Of a stretch of DNA of 64,000 bases, positions 26,278 to 40,709 are shown piece after piece. The notes under the pieces were generated by a model. The model was not told the DNA's origin, made no database searches, and saw nothing but the letters and a program-made list of their open reading frames with translations. The first letter of the stretch is position 1, and each line of letters starts with the position of its first letter. The stretch is from Hormiphora californensis (lineage: Eukaryota > Animalia > Ctenophora), in the NCBI GenBank assembly GCA_020137815.1, contig CM035353.1:7502001-7566000 (forward strand), written 5' to 3'. Position numbers and translations under genes: made by a program.

Positions 26278-27600
26278 TGGATAGCTGATCGAGGCAGTTT
26301 ATATCAAATATTAACAAGGGGCCATTAAAAATTTGGTGAAAAGTAAAGCAAATGAATGGGAAACTGGGATGGCCTGGCCACATTTCACAATCGCATGGTC
26401 TAGCTAGCAGTAGAAAGCGCAACAGGGTACATTTCTCTAGCAAGAGTAAGGTGTCAAGTGACATGTACACATACAGTGAGAGAAAGGAGAGAATAATCGA
26501 GGATGTAAAGTAAGAGATAGTGAGAGACAGAGGGGGAAGAATACATATATCATTTCTCTGGCTGGTTGCCCATTTTCTGCTAATTGCTATCTCTCTTTCT
26601 CTTACTTGCAACCAGATTGGCTGAATGAAATCAGGTGTTGAGTCATGTGCTAGGCGCTCATTATACGTTGCTGTCGCTTACTGGAGTAAAGTCACGTGGA
26701 GAACAGAGAGTTGCCTGCACGTGAGGGATCATGTGATCAACATCAGCCAATCGAGTTGCAAGAGAGGGAGAGAAAGATCGAGAGAGAACTATAAAGTGAG
26801 AGAGAGAGAGGATGATCGAGAGGAGGGAGAACGAGGGGTGGAGAGCCGGAGAGAAAGGAAGATGGAGAGAGAGAGAAAAGGGAAGAAGTAAAGAGAGGGA
26901 AATTGAGAGAGGGATAAAAAAGAGAGAGATTAACCATCGTAATCGGCTTCCTGACGTACGTTGGAACTTTAAAACTGAGAAAGAGAGAGAGGCCGGAGAC
27001 GTGCAGTTATAGCTAATAGGAGGAGGGGTGGCATGCTGCAGCCCCTTTAATTTTGGCGAGGTTCACCCACAGTCCACACTTGGTGACATAGACACCTGGC
27101 GCGACCCCCGCACACAGGTGTCACTCTATGTCACCAAAGTCCACACCCGCCTCATGGCCCACCGACCACCAATATCTCAAAATGACTTGAAACTGGGTGT
27201 ATGAACAATTGGCAGTAAACCTAACAATTTTCTCCCCAGAGAAAGAGAGGGAGAGAGAGACACACGCTTGCATGGGCAGGTCGCCATTGGATTGGTTTTG
27301 TTTGCATTCACTTCAGTTTCACATTTAAAAGTTAAACAAGATATGATTCACAATTTGAACAGATATGATTCACAATTTGAACAGAAAGATATATATTCAA
27401 CAATTCAAACACAATAACATCATTTACTGCAACAATCTTCATTGACATCTTCATAGATAACAGACTTCGGTTCTATAACGGTTGTACCTTCTCCCCCTCC
27501 CTCACTCACTCTCGCTAAATTCTTTAGTCTATTCAACACTACCAGTCTGTTACCAAGTTCGTGTAGAGATACACGGCGGGAGGGTGTGCCTTGACTACTA

Positions 27601-30600
27601 TTACACAGAGCCTAGACTTTGTTTTCGTCTGGCCACTGTGATCTTCAGGTACGCAACGAAGTCTCTGTTGACGGCGATGTAAAGTAGAGGGTTCGCTGAA
27701 AAGAGAGAGGCAGTGTGTTAGACAAATGATAGTGCTGCACTGCTGCAGGCAGGCCCATTTAAGGGGGATGGGGCCATCAAATGGACCATGCTTGTTGGGC
27801 TTTGGATTGGTGACCTTGAACTGTCGCAGTTTTGAGGATGTGGCGCGGATGCGCGTGTAAGAATAAGAAGTACAGCTTGTCAGCAGGAGTGGCGGAACCG
27901 GGAAGGGCTAGAGAGGTGTCGCGCGCAGTTGATAAAGGGCGGAAAATACGCTGACGATTGATACTTCCTATTCTAAAACGCGCACCCGCGCCACATCTTC
28001 AAAACTGCGACACAGCACGGGAATGTGATTTGTGCAGATAATGATAGGGGGCTTGTTGTAAGTTTGTGTCACGGCACCTACCGAATGATCCACAGAAGTA
28101 GGCACAGATCCGAAGTCTCTCTAACCACATTGGCCCATGGTCTACACGGTGTATGTAGGTCCAGAGGTGTGTGACCATACTGGGTGACCAGGTCAGTATG
28201 GTCACCGAGCACAGCCCAACTACTGTTATTATCCCTGGAGAGGGGGGGGGGGTGTTAATAATACATACCTCTGTAAGCTCCCTGTAAATTACAGTGTACC
28301 CGGCTCCTCTGGTACCTTCAAGGTGAGGTACTGTACCCGATATTACAGTGTAATATCGGGTATAGTACCTCGCCTAGAAGGTACCAGGGGAGTAGTATAT
28401 ACTGCAACAATAGGTACGAGGGGAGGGGGAGGTATTATATTAGGGGTATTATAGTACCTCGTAGGTGTGGCTGTCTCCTTGGCAAAGAACAAATTTTAGA
28501 AAAGTCAGAGGCTCGTCTTTGAAGTGCTTCGACCACCTGCAACGATAAAAATCATGTAAATATATTGGGTAGAAAATAATGACATATCTGATTTTACAGA
28601 TTGATTTTACAAAAAAGTCAAACAAATTGTTTTTAGAACGCTACTATTTTCATGAATTCATGACCCCACTATAACTGTGGTCTGTGAGACCAATCACATA
28701 TATTGGTAGTACTAGTACCTCCTTTTCCTGCCTTATCTTGGTCCTTGCCAGAAGACAGAGGAGTATGTTAGCACCAAGAATTAGGATGAAGGGAAGAAGA
28801 CCAAGAATAGTGGATAGAAGGAGGCGTCGTAGTGGGGAGTTCATGTGTCGTACAATACACATTGCAATATCTGAGGGGAGGGGAGTTCATGTGTTGTACA
28901 ATACACATTGCAATATCTGAGGGGAGGGGAGTTCATGTGTCGTACAATACACATTGCAATATCTGAGGGGAGGGGAGTTCATGTGTCGTACAATACACAT
29001 TGCAATATCTGAGGGGAGGGGAGTTCATGTGTCGTACAATACACATTGCAATATCTGAGGGGAGGGGAGTTCATGTGTCGTACAATACACATTGCAATAT
29101 CTGAGGGGAGGGGAGTTCATGTGTCGTACAATACACATTGCAATATCTGAGGGGAGGGGAGTTCATGTGTCGTACAATACACATTGCAATATCTGAGGGG
29201 AGGGGAGTTCATGTGTCGTACAATACACATTGCAATATCTGAGGGGAGGGGAGTTCATGTGTCGTACAATACACATTGCAATATCTGAGGGGAGGGGGAG
29301 TTCATGTGTCGTACAATACACATTGCAATATCTGAGGGGAGGGGAGTTCATGTGTCGTACAATACACATTGCAATATCTGAGGGGAGGGGAGTTCATGTG
29401 TCGTACAATACACATTGCAATATCTGAGGGGAGGGGGAGTTCATGTGTCGTACAATACACATTGCAATATCTGAGGGGAGGGGAGTTCATGTGTCGTACA
29501 ATACACATTGCAATATCTGAGGGGAGGGGAGTTCATGTGTCGTACAATACACATTGCAATATCTGAGGGGAGGGGAGTTCATACTTCATGTGTCGTACAA
29601 TACACATTGCAATATCTGAGGGGAGGGGAGTTCATGTGTCGTACAATCACATTGCAATATCTGAGGGGAGGGGAGTTCATGTGTCGTACAATACACATTG
29701 CAATATCTGAGGGGAGGGGAGTTCATGTGTCGTACAATACACATTGCAATATCTGAGGGGAGGGGAGTTCATGTGTCGTACAATACACATTGCAATATCT
29801 GAGGGGAGGGGAGTTCATGTGTCGTACAATACACATTGCAATATCTGAGGGGAGGGGAGTTCATGTGTCGTACAATACACATTGCAATATCTGAGGGGAG
29901 GGGAGTTCATGTGTCGTACAATACACATTGCAATATCTGAGGGGAGGGGAGTTCATGTGTCGTACAATACACATTGCAATATCTGAGGGGAGGGGAGTTC
30001 ATGTGTCGTACAATACACATTGCAATATCTGAGGGGAGGGGAGTTCATGTGTCGTACAATACACATTGCTATTATATCTGAGGGGAGGGGAGTTCATGTG
30101 TCGTACAATACACATTGCAATATCTGAGGGGAGGGGAGTTCATGTGTCGTACAATACACATTGCAATATCTGAGGGGAGGGGAGTTCATGTGTCGTACAA
30201 TACACATTGCAATATCTGAGGGGGGGGGGAGTTCATGTGTCGTACAATACACATTGCAATATCTGAGGGGAGGGGAGTTCATGTGTCGTACAATACACAT
30301 TGCAATATCTGAGGGGAGGGGAGTTCATGTGTCGTACAATACACATTGCAATATCTGAGGGGAGGGGAGTTCATGTGTCGTACAATACATGCATTGCTAT
30401 TATATCTGAGGGGGGGGGGGGGGAGGGAGTGAAGTTGGTATATTCCAACGAATATTAACATGGGGGGGGGGGAGGGGGAGTATGGTATATTCTAAAACGA
30501 GAAAGATTTGTTGTGTAACCTCTTAACTCACTGTCAGGTCAATACTCTGACAGCTACAGCTAACTCAACATGAAGTTTCGAAACAATATTTCCCTAAAAT

Positions 30601-31866
30601 AGACAGAAACTCCTATTATATTGTGAAATAGTAGGACTGATATAGATCATAGCTGGGTATACATAGAGGATGACTGGGACACAGAGTGAGGATAGCTTGG
30701 TCAGATAACTATAGAGATGGGACACGTCACAGTACTGACCATATCTCGAGCTAGAATGCTCAGTATTGAGACCAGGAACCGACCGAATCAGGTAATACTG
30801 GTCCCTGATTGGCTGATAACCAGTCACGTGACCTAAATAACGAGTTCTGATTGGTTGTTTACTTGTTTCGGTCGGTTCCTAATTGAGACACGCGTCACAC
30901 TGACCTGGAAAGAACTGGACCTTTCCCTTGCTTGCTGATGTGACGATGGAACAGAGAGAGGAGTAGGTCCACACTAGGATTATAGAGATAGTGGACCGCT
31001 GGGCATGTCATTATCGAGTGGTACCTGATGATTGGAGGGTGTCAAATATAATATATTGGGGGAAGTTGTAATTGATATTCTGAAGGAATCCCTTCTTCCA
31101 TATATTTCACAAACACCCTCAAATACAATCAATATAGGGGGGGGGGAGTTGCTATAATTAATATTAGCTAGGAGTGACAGGTCTATAATGATACCTCAGA
31201 GGAAAGAAGCAGTTGCACAGTCGGTGAATAGAGAGAAGGAGGATAAAGTGGACATCAGCCACTAGTGGTACATATATCAGTACCCCAGAAAGGTGGCAGA
31301 TTGTATCACCCAATATCCACCTGACAAACAACATGGGTATAGAGAATTATATCATATCACTGGGTGAAATAATAGTTTTGCCTTGTTCGACCCAGTGTCG
31401 CTCCCCGTGAAAATGAGAAACATTTATAGCAATGGCATGGGTACATGGGAGTTAAATATTAGGTTACCACATATCACTGGGTGAAATAGTAGTTGGTACA
31501 TACCCTTGAAATATGTGAACGAAAGCAGCCGGAATGACTGCTATCAGAGAATATAAGACATCAGCAATGGCCAAGTGTTGCACCAGGACATTAGAAAAGT
31601 TATCCATCCCAAAGTTGGTTTGCTTCATCCTATACACAGTCCAGAAGACCACCACGTTACCTACTAAACCTGGAAACAGAGATCAGACAGAGATCAGATG
31701 GGAGTAGCAGGGAATGATAATAGTGAGGAGTAATTAGTTTGTAATTAATTGATAATTGTTGCATATAATTACCAGCTAGAAGTGCAGTGCAGGTAAATAT
31801 GATGAAGGCAATGTTGGTGGCTTTCCCCGTTATCTCTCTGTAGTCTTCCATTATATAACTCTCCAT
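27601..31866 (-). CDS. Class A (rhodopsin-like) GPCR, 8 exons, with one apparent frameshift
   Basis: Exons 31866-31773, 31669-31504, 31320-31195, 31024-30905, 28870-28719, ~28536-28458, 28234-28082, 27695-27601; motifs GN, LAIAD, WILG..C, HRL, TM4 W, TWSP, NPLLY; exon 4 has one extra base. Confidence 0.85.
28833..30410. repeat. 46-bp tandem satellite, ~34 copies
   Basis: Unit GGGAGTTCATGTGTCGTACAATACACATTGCAATATCTGAGGGGAG. Confidence 0.98.
30774..30880. mobile_element. ~107-bp MITE in GPCR intron
   Basis: TIR AGGAACCGACCGAA / TTCGGTCGGTTCCT; recalled as an abundant Pleurobrachia repeat. Confidence 0.75.
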
Positions 31867-32325
31867 ACTACTTACATAACAATGGTTTTATTATCTATTG
31901 GTAAGCGGACTCTAGTGCTAAAATCACGAAAAGCGAACTCGAGATTTCGGCCGTTAGGCCAGAAACGAGAGTTTGCTGTGCCTCTATACTCATTTAGAAG
32001 TGTTAGGGCCGTTAATTGGGTTCGAGTTTAGGGGTTGGTGTAAAGGTTAGGGTTAGATATAGAATCCTCATTGGGTTTAGATATAGAGTCCGTTAGCACT
32101 ATAGTCCGCCTACCTTATCTTATCTATTGGGTATGTTTCATTCGTCAGTTGCCTCTTTCCATACAAAACCGGCCATTTCAATAAACAAAAATAGTAATAG
32201 AAGCACTTATATTCTGCCCATATAATACTGTCTAGGGGAAGCAGGTCAATCAGAAACAAAACGACGGGTAGCAAATGAAGAAGGAATGCCAATATGACGA
32301 CAGGGAGAAAGAGAGATAGAGAGAG

Positions 32326-32394
<69 letters not shown>

Positions 32395-32885
32395 GCCAGT
32401 ATTAATAAATTGACAGGCCCGGACCCCCTGACATGTTATAACAAAGAACGCGAAATATGACATAGACTTGAGGTATATTATTATATTATATTATTATATT
32501 ATTGCGAAGGGGTGGTTGCATTGCACTGTCAGACCCGAGGCGCACAAGAACACTGAACAGTGGTCAGAGCCTGCCAGGGAGGGGAGAGAGATATAGAGAG
32601 ATATAGAGGTGCAGGGATATTATAAGGAAACTAAGAGATATGAAAAGAACGAGGAAGAGGGACATAGTGTGTACGTCGCTTGACCAATCTGTTGTAGATG
32701 GTTACGTGTTTCACCCTATACGCGGTTACTTCAAATCAATCTATCAACTGTAAGCCGTCCGCAGGATGTCCCAAGACCACTAGCATTTTATAAAAAACCC
32801 TAGCTACATTATTGAAACATGCACATATGAGTTTTATATATGAGTTTTATATGTAATAAATCGTACGCGGCAGTGAGTGAGAGAG

Positions 32886-32937
<52 letters not shown>

Positions 32938-32943
32938 TGAGAG

Positions 32944-32978
<35 letters not shown>

Positions 32979-33509
32979 AATAGAGAAAGAATAAAGGAAA
33001 GAGTTAGATAAAGAAAGAGTGTGGGTGGAAAAATATTAAACATGTGTAAAATGCGAGCGGGCAGTTCATCACATTTCTTTAGTAATCTCTATCTCTCTCT
33101 CTTCCTATCTATCAATCCAATATATGGGTAGTTCCAGCTGGACAGCACTATCATACGATATTGGACTGCAGCTAATGCACCCATGTGCATGAAATAGATG
33201 AGTTCTAGATACTAGGTGTACTACACAGGGAGATGGTCCATAAATTCAGATCTGTGGTGGACCGGGGCCCCTGCACTATAGATTAATGAGATGAACTTTT
33301 CAAAGCTGCTGTAAATCCATCTTATTGTTAATAATATCGCATGTGCAGTTGATACCGATATAATGCAACACAAAATATTAAACTGATTAAATGACATGAA
33401 GAAGAAATAAAGACAGATTGAGAAGGAAGGCAGCCGCGGTTTAACAGCTACGTGCTAAACTACCGTTTAACAAAATATAATTCTCACGGCCAGAATCCAT
33501 TATATACTC

Positions 33510-33640
33510 CACCGGGATGCTCGGGGAAAAGGGGTTTTCCTGGTAAATCGGGGTGAAATCCTATATATCGGGGGAAGTTTATCCTCCCGGTAAATCGGGG
33601 TTCCGGTATATCAGGGCCCGGTAAATCGGGGTCCGACTGT
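33510..33640. mobile_element. pogo/Tc1-type MITE fragment
   Basis: CCGGTAAATCGGGGTCCGACTG end, same family as 47172-47818. Confidence 0.65.
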
Positions 33641-33689
33641 GCTGTGCATATAGCAATCTATATTATAGAGGGATTTCTAGTTCTCTATG

Positions 33690-34744
33690 TCACTGCGCTG
33701 GCAAGCGCAAAGGTGACCACCACCTCCCCCCAGCCGCGCGTGCCAGAAAGCAGTAATAAGTTTTTTCAGTTTTTAGCCAAAAATGGCATTTTGCGAGGCC
33801 CATAGCGGGGCCCCTACTGAACCAATCGGTCTGAAATGTGGTATACAGTGTCACGTAGACTAGATCTACTGGAGTTCAAAAGGGCAGGTCTCTATCTCTT
33901 TTAGTTTCAGATTTATGACATGGTGAAAAAAGCAATAAATGTCCGTGTCTATATATACATACATACATACATCCATAGACGCTTTTTTACACAATTTGCA
34001 GACAATTTTCTGGAAAAACTACAAGAGGTAGACACTTCTCGTTTGAATCATTCAAAAGATAATCGTTTGAATTGTGTTATTGGACGGTTTTCATGTTCTA
34101 GGTCTAACCAGAACGTCCTAAAAAACTGTCATAAAGTTAAGACATTTTCCAAACCAACCAAACTTCTTTGAGCTCAATTTACACCCTGAAGACGGCTTCT
34201 GATTGAAAAATGGAGACCACACTTATGAAAGATAATCGTCTAAACTTTCAGAAACTATATAGCGAATTTGTAAAACTCTATTTCCAAGGGTCTTAAATCG
34301 CGTCTGAAGTTTTAAGACTGTATAAAATAGATATGACGATAGTGCGTTTTTCGCCATAGCGACCTCAAATCTTGTCCAATCGATCTCAAACTTGGTCAGC
34401 ATCCTTATCTAGATAAGCCTGATAATAATTTTTCACCAGCATGACGTTATAACGTCATGACGTCACGCTATGACGTCATAATGACGTCAAAATTAAAATT
34501 TTCGTACTTTAGCGATTCCTGACGGTCTTTACAAGTTCTGCTACGTCCAGACATGTCTAACATCGTATTTCACATCAGAAAATACCAAAAATGAACCTAA
34601 ATTATGCCAAAAACTAAAAGAAATTAGTTGGCTGGAAAGGTGACCACTTTTGTTGTCAAACTGACACCTTTGCCCGGCCCGGGTTACGGAAAGAGAGGGA
34701 AAGAGAGAGAAAGAGAGAGAGAGAGAGAAAAAGAGAGAGAGAGA

Positions 34745-34806
<62 letters not shown>

Positions 34807-34918
34807 TAGTGATCAGAGGGATATAATGATGAAAAAACCCGGAGACGGCAAAGGTGTCAGTTTGACAACAAAAGTGGTCACCTTTCCAGCCAACTAATTT
34901 CTTTTAGTTTTTGGCATA
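33690..34918. mobile_element. Asymmetric non-autonomous element, family B copy 2
   Basis: Reverse-complement homologue of 11988-13463; terminal IR 34601-34918 with (GA)n spacer. Confidence 0.9.
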
Positions 34919-35894
34919 TATATAATAACGGTAAACGGTAAACTATGTTACATCATAAAATAGAAACTATATTTTTGGTTATTCACCTAGCTTATCTTAT
35001 AATATTATGTCCTCTTCAAATCCCCAAATTCGGTCAGTGTACCCTTAAGATGCATCACATTATGTGGCCTAAAATCCGTTTAGTCAAGGAGGAGATCAAG
35101 AGCATACAAAATGTTTCAAATATGGAGTACTAGGTAGGTCTTAACATGCACTAATACTTGATATGTTCCTAAATACTCATAATAATATCATCCTATAGCA
35201 TATTCTCTAATCTCCAATCTACTTCGTAGTACATTACTGCACGGTGTACATATGCACTACATTATAATTAGTACTCCAACATGTTATACAGTATAATATA
35301 TCAGGACAACGCCCAGCCCTCCCCAAGTTAGGTGCTGATAATGAAATGGGGGAACACAAAAAGAGATGGATATTTGATAGAGAAATGAGGGAGATAGACT
35401 TTTAGTTAAAGGTTGGAAGATAGGAATGTGATAAAAGGTTGGGAGAAAGGAATTTTAAAAGGTTTTACGCCTCTAATGAAAACACAGAGTTATAAATATG
35501 TTCCTCAGTGAAACTATGAAAGGACAGCTTATAATGTGGCTTCAATCAGTGCTCACTACTATAACTGTATCAAATGGTAATACGATTTAAACTTTAAAAA
35601 GAGCGAATTGAAAACGGGTCGCGAATATATTTTAGTAGTTTTGTTATTAAATATTACAGAACTGTGAGAATATAAGCCAAGGTAAGCGGCACGATCAAGG
35701 GGAACTATCAAGGGAGAGAGGGAGAGTTCAAGCAAGGGGTGGAAATAAAAGAAAGGGGGAGAAAGTGTTGTAATTAATCAGAATCTCAGTAGTAGTATGG
35801 TGGTAGCAAGCTAAGAATAGTACACGATTTTACGAAGTAATTAGATACATAAAATATACATGTTCGATAAACTGTCTCGTAGGTCTATACTCAA

Positions 35895-37305
35895 TCATAG
35901 CACTGGCAAGTGCCCCGGGCCCAAAAGGGGGGTGTGGGGGCACAGCCCCCACCATAAACGGGGGTGTGGGGGCAGAGCCCCCACCTTAGAAATACCCTCT
36001 AACTCCAAAAACAAAAGAGAGAGCACACGCAACACTTCTACACACAAGCACGTGAAATCCTGCCAGTGCTACTATATACCATTGCAGATTTCGAGGTTTT
36101 TGATGCTTTAAAAAAGCATGTTCCAGTTGAAGTAGAGAGCTGAAATTTTGTACTCTAAGGGCCCTCATATAGGAGAAGAGGCATGCAAATTTTCAGAACG
36201 ATCGGATGGAAGGTAAAAATTTGCCAGAGGGGTCCCAAAATGCAAAAATGTAAGGAGGGGAGGGGGAGGGGGGGGGAGGACGCTTTTTTATCTTTGAGTG
36301 TTCTCCTAAACCACACATAGTAGAGACTTGCCGTTTGGAACAGTGGTTCCTTACATCATTGCGCTCGGTAATAGCTGTGTGAGAACTTCGAAATCGCCAT
36401 AGTTCATGAATTATTCATTAATTAGTCATTAAATATTCATTTTAACCATGGTTGCGATATGACACGACTGGAAGGTCATAAAGACTTGAAACCGGTCTTA
36501 TTCGACGCGGAATGGTCGGTTTATGGGGGGTCTTACTCGGGACAAAAATCTCTATCTCGCACCATTAAGCCGTCATTTGCATATTTATGCACCAATTCAC
36601 GATTTTATGCATATTTTCAATATTTTCACTTCGGCTGGTACTAGAACGTTTTCATGGACATATTTCGACGCAAAATAGTCGATTTATGGGGGGTCGTCCC
36701 CCAGACAAAAAGTCGTATCTCGCACCGTTTAGCCGTTATTTGCATATTTATGCACCGATTCATAATTTAATGCATATTCTGAATATTTCCAGTTCAGCTG
36801 GTCCTAGAACGTTTTCATGGACATATTTCGACGCAAAATAGTCGATTTATGGGGGGTCTTACTCGGGACAAAAATCTCCATCTCGCACCGTTAAGCCGTT
36901 ATTTGCATATTTATGCACCGATTCAAGATATAATGCATATTCTTAATATTTCCACTTCGGATGGTCCTAGAACGTTTTCATGGACATATTCCGGCGCAGA
37001 ATAGTCGATTTATGGGGGGTCGTCCCCCTGACAAAATCAGAAAAAATTCCGAAAAAATAGCTTTTTTCTATTTTACACCAAAAAGAACAGAAATTTAGTC
37101 CAAAAACCAATTAAATAAATTAGTTTGGATGTCCGGGCCCATGTGGTGTCACGGGGGTAACACCTTTAGGCTATAACTGTCCTAAATGATGGATATCGAG
37201 AGAGATAAAGGCAAAGGAAATTAAGATAGAAAGGGTGAGATATAATCAAGAAAGACGGAGAGATAAATAAGAGGAGAGAGAAAAAGATATAGTGAAAGAA
37301 ACAGT

Positions 37306-37337
<32 letters not shown>

Positions 37338-37339
37338 TA

Positions 37340-37370
<31 letters not shown>

Positions 37371-37553
37371 TGAGAGAGAGAAAGACGAGATTGAGAGAGA
37401 GAGATAGATAAAGATAGACAGATTGAAGGATAACAATTAACAATTAACGAGATATACCGTTAATTATGGCAGTAGTCTAAAGGTGTTACCCCCGTGACAC
37501 CACATGGGCCCGGGCATCCAAACTAATTTATTTAATTGGTTTTTGGACTAAAT
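35895..37553. mobile_element. Asymmetric non-autonomous element, family C
   Basis: TCATAGCACTGGCAAGTGCCCCGGGCCC end; ~3 internal ~165-bp repeats; terminal IR 37093-37553 containing CCGGGCCC with (GA)n spacer. Confidence 0.72.
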
Positions 37554-38534
37554 ATATCCATTAAAACATTTTGGGCGGACATTTAATTTTTCACAATTGA
37601 TAATGCACTACACAACTCAGTTGCTACTACGGGTGGTATACATGTTGCGGGTAGCCCCTGGTGATGCATGCGGTGGACATGTATTTATCCGTCTGCCACT
37701 TTAGCTATACTAGTGCAGTCGGAGCCCGGCTTAACGGCAGGATAATCTTCCCCCGAAAGTATTCGCTTTCCATCAACCATCATCCTTAGTTGAATCCATC
37801 ACAACCTATTCTCGCTCCGCGAATAATATGTATGTGAGATCGATTTCGGTCGCTGCGCTCGACCTTGATCTCACTCATGCATCAATGTGGCCATCATCCT
37901 TAGGAACATCCTACAGAACGTCTTAAAGTCGTCATGTTTTATGTTCGAATATTCTCTTTCATGCCAACGGGAAACCAACATTAAATTCACAACAATGGAA
38001 TATGGACCTGTATAAATTTATCGGATACAGCTCCAAGCCCACTCAGTGCATTATATAATGCTAAAGGGGGAACGATAAATGCTAATAGCTATGTTGATAA
38101 AAGGTCCATTAACATGAATGGCCGCAATAAAACCGGGTATAGAGCTGAGAGAGAGAGATATACCAGAGACCCGTATACACTCTCCATGAACAATATTATG
38201 AACACTATTATGTCATTCAGTGCAGATCATTTCTACACAGTGCTCTCCTTGTCAAGTGGGATATATTCAAGTAGGCATTTAATGCATCTTTCCTTCAAAA
38301 CAAGCAGGGAAAGAAGAGGGCATGACAGCTATTCTAAAATATATTATATTACTAGGGAGAATGCATTTAAATAGAGTGGGAATTCTGATAAGGAATTCCG
38401 TGGAACTCATAGGAGAAACATCGATTAATAAACCTAATACTACCAAGCTGCATTGCAATGTTGATATGCAATATCAAATCACGGCACTGGTAATAAGTCG
38501 GTCTTGTAAATGTTATGTTATGTGCGGCTCTGTA

Positions 38535-39556
38535 TAGTAAGGGAATTTTAGTATATTTTCTCAGCAAAATTTTTAACAAGCTAATTTTTTCACCAATAGG
38601 TCCGGATAGGTGTCTAGTATCACCAAAAAAAAGTACACGATAATCGGAAGTGCGCATGCGCACTGAGCGCGCAAGAAGTAAACACATGTAAATACATGTA
38701 TTTCTAGCCTGGCACGAAAACCCAAAAACCATCTTAGGAGACGAGTAGAGAAAAAATCAAGGGCACTAGATTGTGTAGCGTCCTCGCATTAGTGGGGGTA
38801 GGTGCTGGAATTAAGTCTCTATCTCATCTGGTTAATTAGATAATTGGATAATTAGATATGCACATAACCGTATTTTGGCTATATGGCTATAGCCACTTAG
38901 GAATGGTTTAGAGACTTTTCATTGGTGCCATTTTGTTCAGAAACAAAATTCAATCTAAGAGTTGTGGAAAAATTTAGAGCCTATCTCTTACCGTTTTGGC
39001 GTAATTTACGGTCAAAGAAGGCCAATTAACTAATTTTTTGGCATTTTCGGCTGATTTGGCATACTTTGACCGCAAATAACGCCAAAACGGTAAGAGATAG
39101 GCTCTAAATTTTTCCACAACTCTTAGATTGAAATTTTTTTCTGAACAAAATGGCACCAATGAAAAGTCTCTAAACCATTCCTAAGTGGTTATAGCCATAT
39201 AGCCAAAATACGGTTATGCGCATATCTAATTATCCAATTATCTAATTAACCAGATGAGATAGAGACTTAATTCCAGCACCTATCCCCACTAATGCGAGGA
39301 CGCTACACAATCTAGTGCCCTTGATTTTTTCTCTACTCGTCTCCTAAGATGGTTTTTGGGTTTTCGTGTGAGGCTAGAAATACATGTATTTACATGTGTT
39401 TACTTCTTGCGCGCTCGGCGCGCGTGCGCACTTCCGATTATCGTGTACTTTTTTTTGGTGATACTAGACACCTATCCGGACCTATTGGTGAAGAAATTAG
39501 CTTGTTAAAAATTTTGCTGAAAACTTGGCCCTTTTTTTACTAAAATCCCCTTACTA
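38535..39556. mobile_element. Academ-like ~1-kb palindromic element
   Basis: TAGT...ACTA termini, GTA duplicated on both sides, ~480-bp arms. Confidence 0.82.
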
Positions 39557-40709
39557 GTAAGGTCGCACTTGATCATATATATATGCAGACTACTGTTGTA
39601 CAGATCTCTGGAAGCTGATCTTACAGTGCTGCTTGTAGTGGAAATACGGTATCTGGATAATTATATGGTATCTGACCAATGCGTCTTCTTACCGTGTTAC
39701 CGTCTTACCAGTACCTCACTGGTATAGGAGTTCTGCTGCTAGGGGACGAAGAGAGAGAACCCAGGGAGAATAATTGCAGAAGTATAAAAGAGGGAGCCCA
39801 GAGAGAATAACTGCAGAAGAAGCAATTCAGGGAAACAATCAAGAAAGTTGTATTATATTCAGTCACAAGAGAATAGTATAGATCAGTTCTAACATGAGAA
39901 TAATATGTCACTTCTGAACATGGTAGATAGAAGTTTAACGATATCTAGAAATATATTATGTTGACTGATGAATGTGTATCAATCAGAGAAGGCTTTTATT
40001 ACTATACCACAATTGTTCATAATGTAACTGCCAACCAGAACCAGATTAAAACTTCTAAGCTTTGTATTTTCTTCTATAGTAGAAGAAAAAATAAATCTTA
40101 GAATTTAGAAAGAAGGGAAGTAATTTTGATATCTCCTTCTGGTGATCAACACACACACGCCCTCTATACAACAGTTTTAATTCTTGCTCTGAACTCATTA
40201 TTCAGAATACTGTCAGCAATGTTTTAACGCTTGTCAAGCTTTGTGACAGGTATTTTCAAAGTTATTTTGCTCAAACTATTTTTTAGTTGCGTGCTATTTT
40301 ATAATCACAATATGAACACCATACATTCTACTAGTAAAATGAACACAAAAGGGTGCAAGCTGGGGGGTGATTGCGAGAGAGTATTAATGAAATGGCGCGC
40401 CCGTCATACAAAAGTTGATTCATTAGCTGAGCTGTGAAAGAGCTGAAAGCAAGCATTTGAATTACTCGGTATAATCAACAAGGGAAATCATATAATGACC
40501 TTTGCTACACACCCTCCAAGCCCTACAGAACGATTTTGAACACAAAGTCGAAAGCCTACGTAGTCTTTTCTAGATCAATATATTTATCAGGTTGCTTATC
40601 ACTGTATTTGTGAGCACTGACCCCACACTGCACGTGACCTACCTACCATCCTAGGCCCTAGAGATTAATCAGCCTCTCAGATGTGGTCCATATAAAAAGT
40701 ATGATGCAA

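Noticed and set aside
28833-30410. CRISPR-like array; short ORFs
   Set aside because: Identical contiguous units with no spacers
32110-39911. Scattered hydrophobic minus-strand segments as a third 7TM gene
   Set aside because: Could not join them in phase and found no diagnostic motifs
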